64,000 nt of DNA, taken from assembly GCA_043228905.1 (NCBI GenBank), contig JBHGNT010000013.1, positions 2,542,001 through 2,606,000 of the forward strand, read 5' to 3'. Both the position numbers and the translations under genes were made by a program. The stretch is from Azolla caroliniana. Lineage: Eukaryota; Plantae; Polypodiophyta. Below, piece after piece: positions 37,295 to 47,598 of the stretch; positions within the stretch are counted from its first letter, which is position 1, and each line of letters begins with the position of its first letter. The notes under the pieces are model-generated. The model was not told the origin of the DNA and searched no databases. It was given only the letters and a program-made list of their open reading frames with translations.

Positions 37295-38901
37295 GGCACT
37301 TCGAGCCTGATTGCTCTTGACGGCTCCAGATTTATCAAGTACATTGCCATCTGCAATGCCTCAGCCCAGAATTCCAGCTTCAATCCGGCTTGTTGGAGCA
37401 TTGTCATCGCCCTCTCCTAGATCGTCCTATTGATCCGTTCTGGCACTCCATTTTGCATGGGTGTAGGGAGCGGTCTTCTGGTGTCGGATCCCTTTCCTAG
37501 ACAGGTACTGTTTGAAGGCTCTGGAGGTGTACTCACCTCCGTTGTCGGATCGGAGGGTCTTCACTTTGTATCCCGACCAGTTCTAGGGGTTGTCGTACCG
37601 TCTCATAGTGGAGAGAGTGCGGACTTTGGGTCTGTTTCCCATAACGACAATGCTCGCAAAAGTTCATCTTTGCCTAGAGTTTCGGAATGTAGCCGACCGA
37701 CATTAGCCGATCAAGTCCGGCTTGAGAGATGTGGCCAAGTCGGCCATGCCATAAGTTTGGGTTGGTTTTCTCGGCTATGTTCACGGCCCCTTTAGGGTTT
37801 ATCACCATCAATGGGTATAGATTATTATACTTGTGCCCACTACCGATTTTTAGGTTGCCTCGGTTGATCACCCATGTCGACTCATGTAGAGTCGTTCGAT
37901 ACCCGTCTTCGGCTAACATGCCGATGGAGACTAGACTCCTCTTTAGATCGGGTACGTGCCAAACTCGGTGCAAGGTTATTGTGTAGCCATTTGGCAATCT
38001 GATGGGAACCTCCCAGGTTCCGACTGTCTTGCACTCTTGCTCATTTCCTAGTCGGACTCTGCCGCTGGCGTCGGCTGAATAGTTCGAGAACCATTCAATG
38101 TTGGGGGTCACATGAAATGTGGCGCCACAGTCTAGTAGCCACATGTGTGCAACTTGTGCACTATAGAGGACTTCTCCGATCATTGAGTCTTCAAGAGTAC
38201 TCGCTTGATCGGCCCATTTTCGACTTCGACCAATGTCGGTCTCTCCTTGTTTTGATCGATTGAAGCGTCGACCAGTTCTGTCGGCTTGTTCTTTCATTCG
38301 ACCTTGTCGGTCGAGTGATGGGCTTCTACCGACTCATCGATGGTTAGTCCCATCAATTTTCACCTAATGTCCCTTGTGAGGACTTGGCCGATTGTTTCGT
38401 CCAAGTTTAGGATCGGTCGGCTATTGGCATATGTCGTGCTGAATACCTCCCAACTCGCCAGCAAGCTCGATAGGAGGGCAAGGGCTTTCACTTCTTCTTC
38501 AAATATGATCCCTTGTGACGAGAGCTCAGACAACACCCGGCTGAAGGTGTTGATGTGGGAGGTTTCCGGATTGGTCTCTCTCATCTTCATGTTGAACAGT
38601 TGCATGATCAAAATCTGTTTCGAGGATGAGGACTTCTTTCCAGAAACGGCTTGTAGCTTCTCCCACAATGAGAACATTGTTGTCTCTTTCACCATGCTGA
38701 AGTAGACGTTTTTGGCTAGGTGCATTTAGATGGTGGATCGTGCTAGTTCGTCCACTGATCTCCACTCTTCTATTGCCATCGAAGCAGGCTTTTCGTTGTG
38801 TCAAATGGCTTCAACCTATCTTCGGATGATCACACATCCTACATCATCTCCTTCCATAGGGAGAAAATTTTGTCATCAAGCTTTCTGATTTCTGAAGCCA
38901 T
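37295..38901 (-). pseudogene. Copia B gag, protease and partial integrase
   Basis: LWEKLQ, KALALLSSL, WLLDCGATFH, LWHGRLGH and FWAEAL. Confidence 0.88.
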
Positions 38902-38999
38902 ATTCCTTTTATGAAAGTAAGATTTCTAACCTAGCCTTTTCCTCTCAGCTTCTTCTATTGTTTGTTGCCGTTGTCCAACAAGGTCATTCTGATACCAGT

Positions 39000-39295
39000 T
39001 GTCGGTAACTGGTGCGACTTGCGGAAACGTGTATGGATCTATGTCAGTTCTAAACAGCAAACAACGCAGACAGAAAATAGAATGGCGTGGACTTTCACAG
39101 TGCAAGCTCTAATGGAAAGCTTTATTTCTTTGTTCTCTCTCTCTCTCTGAGATACAATGCACCGAGGCTTCGTCTCTCTATCACTCGTCACTCATTACAA
39201 TGTTAGGTATTCGCTTATATACTAAGCCCTAACTTATTAACGAGTTCACACTTGGACGGATACAATTTGGAAGGAGTTGGCCTTTTATGCCAACA
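39000..39295 (-). repeat. 5' LTR of Copia B (296 bp)
   Basis: TG...CA termini, adjacent Met PBS, and a match to 8789-9008. Confidence 0.92.
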
Positions 39296-40559
39296 GACAG
39301 GACCATTGCCGACTGGGAGTCGGAGAAGAAGAACTCTGGATCATCCAATGAAAACCGGTTTGAGGACATAAGGACCTACCCGGTTGAAAACCGGATGTTG
39401 GCAAGCAATTGGAGGACACTCGACGAACCGGCCAGTTTCGGACATGAAACCGAACTGACCGAAGAAGAAGAAGAGGAAGACGACATCGGAACCGGACAAG
39501 ACCCCAAATCGGATTCGAATGAGGAACAGATGGAGGAACCGGTTGTTGAAGACCAAAGACAGAGATACCCTCCCCAAGAGAGAAGAGCCCCCCAAAGATT
39601 TCCGGATGTAGAGCATGTATTGCTAACCGATGAGGGGGAGCCAGAAAGCTTCGAAGAAGCAAAGAAAGACACCCACGGCCGCAAGTGGTTGAGTGCCATG
39701 TAGGATGAGATGGATTCCTTGCATGAGAACCACACGTATGAACTGACGGAGTTGGCAAAAGGGAAGAGAGCATTTCGGAACAAGTGGGTGTACAAGCTGA
39801 AACTGGGAGATGCCGGAAACCCGCCGAGATATAAAGCCTGAATTGTAGTGAAGGGTTTCCAGCAGAAGGAGTAGACTTTGATGAGATCTTTGCCCCGGTA
39901 GTAAAGATGACATCCATCCGGACGGTGTTGAGCATAGCGGCAAGCATGGACCTCGAGGTAGAGAAACTAGACGTCAAGACGGCATTCCTACATGGCGACC
40001 TCAAAGAAGAGATCCACATGCATCAACCGGAAGGATTTGAGAATGTAAAGAATCAAGAGATGGATTCTTGTGAAGCGGAAGAGATATGAGATATGTGTGT
40101 GTATGAAAGAGAGAGAGAGAGTGAGAGAGACAAGGAATACACAAGGAAAAAGTATATTGACAAAGGAGAAAGACTCAACATTTTACAAGGTGGGAGGAGG
40201 GTGCTTTATTTAGTCACCCTCTCTCTTCATTAACTACAAGACTCATGGAGCATGGGAAATGTGAAAGCTCATAAGTTATGTGTCATAGAATATGATTCTA
40301 TGACTCATACTAAATGCTAGAATACAAAGTGGTGACATAATGGTGACTCTTGACCATTGGAGTATCTCTTCACTCTCAAGGTGAGTTAACACACTAGACC
40401 AAGTTGAGCTTGATTCTCAACACGCCCCCTCAAGCTCAAGTCTGGTCGGTTTCAGACAGTATCCGAAATCCGCTTCAACTCGCGTTCTGGAGTCCGCGTC
40501 GACTCGTGTCGACTCGTGTCGACTCGCATGTATGCGGAGTTACAGAATCCGTGCTCCAA

Positions 40560-40745
40560 CTTGCGTTGTGCGTAGTTACGAAGTCTGGGCTTTGGCTTAC
40601 GTGCGTAGTTGCGAAGTATGTGCTTCAGCTTGTGTGCGTAGTTGCGAAGTCTGTGCTTCGGCTTGCATCTTTCTTCGTGGCTTTGTTGCGTGGTTGCGGA
40701 ATCCACACATTATTGCATAGTGCGCGGTTGCGGAATCTACGCGTT
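40560..40745. repeat. Short tandem repeats in the 3' UTR of Copia H
   Basis: GTGCGTAGTT(A/G)CGAAGT recurs with a ~33-bp period. Confidence 0.7.
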
Positions 40746-43700
40746 ATTGTGTAGTGTCTTTAGTACTCCCCCTCAAGCTTGGCAGGTCAGGGATCGTCAA
40801 TCCGAGATCGGTCATGAATTGCCATAGGTTGTCGGCTCCTAAGCCTTTAGTCAAGATGTCGGCCGTTTGAAGATTGGTGCTAATGTATTGTAGGTCGACA
40901 TCGCCAGCCAGAACGCGCTCTCGAATGAAGTGATAGTGCACTTCGATGTGCTTTGTCCGCGCGTGGAACACCGAGTTCCGAGCCAGATAGATACTGCTCA
41001 TGTTGTCACAGTAAAGGGAAGTCGGATCCTTGATGGGTACGCCCAGATCCTTCAAAATCCTCTTGAGCCATATGGCTTCACACGCAGCTACGATTGCACC
41101 CCTATATTCCACCTCCGTACTCGAAAGAGCGACGGTAGGCTGCTTCTTGCTACTCCAAAATATTGCTCCGCTGCCGAGGGAGAAAACAAATCCAGAGGTT
41201 GATCTTCTATCAGCTTTGTAGCCGGCCCAATCAGCATCTGTGTACCCCTCGAGTCGTATTGGCATCGCGGTCTTGTAGAGGATGCCGGAATCCATTGTGT
41301 CGCTCACGTAGCGTAGAACTCGCTTAGCGCAATCCAAGTGAGTATCACGCGGTGTTTGCATGAATTGACTAAGGTGACCAACCAGATAACTGAGATCGGG
41401 TCGTGTGATCGTGAGGTAGATGAGATTCCCGATGAGTTGCCAATACTGAGTCGGCTCACACGCTTTGGTGCCGGAGTTCGCATCTAGTTTGAGATTGCGA
41501 TCGAGCGGGGTTGCCGCGGATTTGCGCTCATCCATCCCGAACTTGTATAACAAGTTGAGGATGTAGTGCCATTGAGAGATCATGATTCCGGCCGGAGTCC
41601 GAATTACCTCGACGCCGAGGAAGTAGTGGAGCTCCTTCATGTCTGTCATCTCGAACTTGTCGGAAAGGAGGGATTTGACTTTATTGATTTCAACGAGATG
41701 CTCACCTCCAATGACTAGGTCATCCACATATAAAATGATGACGATCGGACTTGCGGAATCGCTTTGTATGTAGAGGGAGTTGTCCGATTTTGACATACGG
41801 AAGCCGATTTGATGAAGATATTGCGTTATCTTCGAATGCCAAGCACGCGGTGCTTGCTTGAGCCCGTAGAGTGGCTTCTTGAGTCGGCAAACTGCTTTCG
41901 GATGGGTGCTCGAGTTGAAGTCGGGTGGTTAAACCCTAAACCCTCCTCTTCTAATTCGCCTTGTAGAAAGTCGTTCTTGACGTCCATTTGATGGAGGTGC
42001 CACCCTTTCGCCGCGGCAATCGCAATTACGGTCTGCACCGTCGTCATCTTTGCCACCAGGGCAAAGGTCTCTTCGTAGTCGACGCCATGCATCTGAGCGT
42101 ATCCTTTCGCTACAAGTCGAGCTTTGTAGCGGTTTACGGAGCCATCGGCGTTATACTTCACCTCGTAGATCCATCTGCATCCTTTTTGTGTGACGAGGTG
42201 GGAACGAGATCCCACGTCTCGTTCTTCCGTAGTGCCTGCATCTCCTCGTTCATTGCTTCGATCCATCGCGGGTCCTTCATGGCTTCCGAAAAGGTTTTCG
42301 ACTCCCGTACTATCGCTACCTTCATCATAAAGGTGTAATGGTATGCTATATAATCATTGTGGCCAATCGACTTACGGGGTTCTTTTCACAAGTGGATTAG
42401 CGGAGCTTTTCATTTGCAGAGATGAGGGCTTTCTTAGCTCCGATTGGTACATCAAAGCCGCCGAACTCACTATCGAGTGAGTGAGTCGATTCATCATCGT
42501 CGAAGCGATCATCTTCATATTCCGCCATTTTCGCCTTGCCTTTGTCCATCTTCGGGCTAGGCCGTGATGTGCTTTGATCGCTTAAAGGTTCTTGTGGTCC
42601 GCTCAGTCGGGTCGTGATCGGACTTTCTTCGATCATGCGCGTAGGACGATCTTCATCCTCGATCTCTTATTCAGAAAATTCCGGGTCGAGCGGAGGCAAA
42701 GATGTCTCTAGTGCGTACCAGGATGCGAACTCGTCAAAAACGACGTCTCGACTTACTCGAGATTTTCGAGTTGAGGGGTTGTAGCACTTGTACCCCTTTT
42801 GCTCCAATGAGTATCCTACGAGGATACATTTCTCCGACTTCAGGTCAAGCTTTTGACGCTTCTCGTCAGGGATGTGCACGTATGCTATCGCGCCGAATAT
42901 CCGGATGTGCGATAAGTCTGGCTTCTTTCCGAAGTATTTTTCGTGCGGAGTGACCTCGTGCACGCCGGATGTTGTGCACCGGTTCATTAGGTAGACCGCC
43001 GTATTTGCAGCTTCGGCCCAATATGACTTGGGCATATGCTTCTTTTTCATCATGGCCCGCGCTACTTCAAGGATGTGCCGATATTTGCTCTTGGCTACTC
43101 CATTTTGTTGCGGAGTGTGTCGGCACGTGAATTCTCGCCGAATTCCTTCCTTTTGGAGATACACTATGAAATCGTCCGAGAAGTACTCATTGTCGCCATC
43201 CGATGGAAGGCATCGTACATGTCGGCTCGTGGCTTTCTTGACTTCATTCTTGAAATTTTGGAAGTGTGCCGCATCGGGTAGATCCAAGTGTGCCTAGAGA
43301 AGTCGTCAATGAAGAGCACGTAATATCGGCATTCGCTGAATGTAGCCGTTTGCACCGGTCCCCATACGTCGGAATGGACTACGTCGAGTAGACCTTTGCT
43401 CACGTTCCGCTCTTTCGGGAATGGGTGTCAGTGTTGCTTGCCGAATCAGCACGCTTCGCATACACCTTCAATCTCCTTCTCTTTGAATGTCGAGAGTCCG
43501 ATGACGACTCCTTTCGATTTCATTGCTTTGAGTTTGTTGAGATTGATGTGGCCGATTCGCTTGTGCCGTAGCTCTATGTCGGAGTCGGATTTCGTGTTTT
43601 TCGCGAACATGGCGGATTTCATCTCACGTGAATCGAGAATGAACATCCGGCCCTCTCTTCGTCCGCGTGCGATGAGTCGGCCCTCTTTTTCAATGAAGCA

Positions 43701-45020
43701 ACCGCCTTGATTAAATCGAACTTGCATCCCTTGCTCTACAATTTGGCCGACGGAGACCAAATTCTTCGTAATGGTCGGTACATGCAAGACATTTTTAATG
43801 TAATTTTGCTTACCTTCTTTTCCGAACGGAACATTGCCAATGTGCCGAATCAGGTGCGTAGTGTCGTCTCCGGTTTCGACATAGCCGAGTCGGTTCGGCT
43901 CTCGAAATTCTCGGAACCATTCTTGATGCGATGTTATATGGTTCGAGGCACCAGAATCGACGAACCATACGTCTTCCGGACCGGAGGCACTAGTTGAGGT
44001 AGTGGCCGACATAGAGTTTTCTCTATGTTTCATCATGAACATTCCGCGACGGTCTTCGTAGTCAGAGTTGTGCCCATACATTTCGCCACGGTCGGAGTTG
44101 TGCGCATACATTCCGCCACGATCTTTGTAGTCGAAGTTGTGTGCATAATTCATGAGTTGTCGGCTTGTGGAAGCCGATTCACGCATCTTCTTTCGGCACT
44201 GTTCTTCATGGTGGCCGAGCTTTCCGCAATATCCGCATTCGGTTGCGTTTTGACGGCTTGGGCCGGAGTGGAAGCTCCACCTTCTTGCGAAGGTTCCTCG
44301 TTGGCCTCCGTTTTGCGGCCGAAATTGGGAGTTGTTGTCGTAGGTCGGACCTCGTCCTTGGCCGAATCGGCCTCTCGCTCGTCCGCGTCCTCTTCCTCCA
44401 TTAGAGTGCGTGTAGAGAATGTGGCCTTCCGACTCATTGCTTCTTGTACGCACGTGGTTTTCTTCAACCAATAGCATTGATTGGAGCTTGAAGAAGGAGT
44501 GAGATTTCTCCCGTGCTAGAACGGCGGTTCGCATCGCGCCAAACCGTGGTGTGAGGCCGCCGAGGCATATTTGCACCATCTCATCATCATCTATACTTAC
44601 GCTTATTGAGCCGAGCGAGTCGCAAACCTCCTTGATCTTCAAGGTGTATGTCGTGATGGACATGTCCCTTTGTTGAATGTTGTTCAACTCTTGGCGGACT
44701 TGAAGCTTCCTCGCGGTCGTGTTGGCGGCAAAAATCTTTCGTAGATTTTCCCACGCTTCCTTCGGCGTCTTGGCTTCTCGAATGTTACCGAGCATGTGGT
44801 CATAAACACATGTCTCCAAAAAATACATCACGCGGCTTGCGGCTTGCTCCCATGTCGCATATCCGGGAGCCGCTTCAGCGGGTCGGTCTTCATGCGCTCC
44901 TTTGATGTAGCTCCAATAGCCTTGTCCGACAAGGTATTGGTGCATCTTGTACTCCCAAGATGCGAAGTTGTTTCGATCCAACTTCTCGGTAGGGAGAGCA
45001 CTCCCCATTTGAGTATTCAT
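40744..45020 (-). pseudogene. Copia H gag-pol
   Basis: CGYCGKLGHHEEQC, WFVDSGASNH, TPQQNGVA, LYVDDLVI, YTDADWAG and ADILTK. Confidence 0.93.
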
Positions 45021-46964
45021 TATGTCGATTCTTCTTCTTCTTCTTCTTCTTCTCTCTTCAAATGCGAGCTATGTAGTGAAGCTATGATAGCTATGAGCCG
45101 GTTCTTGGTCGTCGGCGTAGAGCACAACACACGATCACGATGAGGCGAATGGGCTAGATCGAGCTACCAAATCTCTCTGATACCATGTAAAGAATCAAGA
45201 GATGGATTCTTGTGAAGCGGAAGAGATATGAGTTATGTGTGTGTATGAGAGAGAGAGAGTGAGTGAGTGAGAGAGACAAGGAATACGCAAGGTAAAAATA
45301 TATTGACAAAGGAGAAAGACTCAACATTTTACAAGGTGGGAGGGTGCTTTATGTAGTCACCCTCTCTCTTCATTAACTACAAGACTCATGGAGCATGGGG
45401 AATGTGAAAGCTCATAAGTTATGTGTCATAGAATATGATTCTATGACTTATACTAAATGCTAGAATACAAAGTGGTGACATAATGGTGACTCTTGACCGT
45501 TGGAGTGTCTCTTCACTCTCAAGGTGAGTTCACACACTAGAACAAGTTGAGCTTGATTCTCAACAGAGAAGAAAGGGAAGGAGCACCTGGTGTACCAACT
45601 GAAGAAGAGCTTATACGGATTGAAGCAAGCTCCCTGGCAATGGTACCAGAAGTTTGACTCCTTCATCACCAACAAAGGGTATCGATCACTACGTGTTTGT
45701 GAAGAAATTTGACAGAGGATATTTCCTGATACTCCTCGTATATGTGGATGATATGCTAATCATCGGACGAGACCAAGGCAAGATTCGGATGTTGAAGAAG
45801 GCTCTGAACCGGACCTTCTCAACGAAAGACTTGGGCCTGGCAAGATAGATATTGGGAATGAACATCATCCGAGACCGGTCGAAGAAGTTGTTGTGGTTGT
45901 CATAGGAGAAGTATGTGACAAAGGTGCTTCAACGGTTCAACATGTCGGAGGCAAAACCGGTGGGATCAACACTTCCGGCAAATTGCAAGCTATCCGGAAA
46001 ACAAAGCCCGAGGACAAATGCGGAGAAGACAGATATGATGAAGATACCATATGCTTTTGTCGTCGGGAGCTTGATGTACGCGATTGTATGTACCCGGCCG
46101 GATATCGGATATGCAGTCGGAGTGGTGAGCCGGTTCATGAGCAATCCCAGAAAAGAGCACTGGAACGCGGTCAAGTGGATACTCTAGTACTTGAAAGGCA
46201 TGTCGAGTATGTGCCTCCGGTTCGGCTTCGGTAATCCCCAACTTGATGGATTCACGGATTCGGATATGTCGGCTAATACGGATACTAGCCAGTCTACATC
46301 CGGATATGTCATGACTTATCCAAGGGGAGTTGTCTCATGGCAGTTGAGGTTATAGAAGACGGTTGCATTGTCAACCAAGGAGGCGGAGTACATGGCAGCT
46401 GTAGAAGCCGGCAAGGAGATAATCTAGATGATGGCCAACAGGAGGAATATCGGCTCTACTACAACAATCAATGTGCCATCCACCTTGCAAAGAACGCAAC
46501 CTACCATTCCCAGATGAAACATATCCAGCGGAGGTACCACTGGATCCGGGAGACAGTAGAAGATCAAGAGTTCGTGCTGACGAAGATCCACACAGAGTAG
46601 AACGGGTCGGATATGCTAACCAAGGTGTTGACAACCGACAAGCTGGACGCATGCCGAAAACGGATCGGGCTGGCAAGTCATCCCATGACAGAGTGAAGGG
46701 GTATATTGTTGGGAAATCAGTCCCTCCGAATGGGATCCGGTGATGAATGAAGAGGACCCGATGAGAATCGGAAGAGATCTGGAAACTGGATCGGTTGGAC
46801 CCGATGAGAACCGAAAGAGAAAACATATTTGTAAATATGTTTTAAGCCTATTGAGGCTATATTTGTAAATAGCCCTAAGTTCATATAAGTATAAATATGA
46901 CTTAGGGCAATCACTTTGAGAGTGTTGTTGTCATATTGTTCTATGTGCATAACTGTTGTATAGT

Positions 46965-47005
<41 letters not shown>

Positions 47006-47379
47006 TGAGAGTAGCTACAAGCACTTTCTATTGTAACCGTTGTCTGGCGAAGATCGCAAGCATGAGGTCGGTGCCTCTGTGTTTCCACTTTGTATTGGGT
47101 GAAAGAATGCGAGTGGAAAAAATTAGCTATGTCATTGACATAGCTAATAGTCATTTTTGCAAAGAGCTACCCTTGATAAATAGTCATTTTTGCAAAGAGC
47201 TACCATTGATAAACTAGCTATGCAAAAAGCTACCATTGAAAATAGTAGAGAGTTTTAATTATATAAATGAGCACCATAAATATGCAACATAAATTGATAT
47301 GTGCACCATAAATTATATACCGAATTCCTAGGTCCATTATGCATGATCCTTTGCCATATCACGTAGGCCATCTTTGGTT

Positions 47380-47598
47380 GATTATTCTGGCTTAGATTAC
47401 TACCACTGTTGCTACACCCTATTGAGTCCACTCCTCCATTGCTACCATTCATTTAGTTATCGGCACTATGTGGTCCAAGTATCATCTGCCACTGTTCGAT
47501 CCGATGGAGTTCACTCCTACATTGCCGCCATTGTACACTCAGTTGTCACCATTGTTCAGTCCAAGCATTATCTACCAAGTTCACTCCTCCATTGCCGC
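47380..47598. repeat. 84/90-bp tandem array, first block
   Basis: TCACTCCTCCATTGCCGCCATT..CTCAGTTG units; the array continues at 53286-53620 and 58510-59190. Confidence 0.8.

Larger units (their letters stand above)
8789..39295 (-). mobile_element. Ty1/Copia (Tork-like) element B, host of several nested insertions
   Basis: 5' LTR 39000-39295; PBS TGGTATCAGA (38988-38997, minus); truncated 3' LTR 8789-9008 with PPT 9009-9017. The coding pieces rejoin across each insertion. Confidence 0.88.
40044..45565 (-). mobile_element. Ty1/Copia element H (5522 bp, non-Tork lineage), full length, decayed
   Basis: LTRs 40044-40422 and 45186-45565; perfect TSD GAGAA; PBS TGGTATCAGAG 45175-45185; PPT 40423-40431. 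Confidence 0.95.
39296..47096 (+). mobile_element. Tork-like Copia E: linker, RT, RH and truncated 3' LTR (46707-47096); probably the continuation of 4025-5875
   Basis: Collinear with Copia C from ~34189. Interrupted by H at 40044-45565; the LTR is cut at 47097. Confidence 0.88.
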
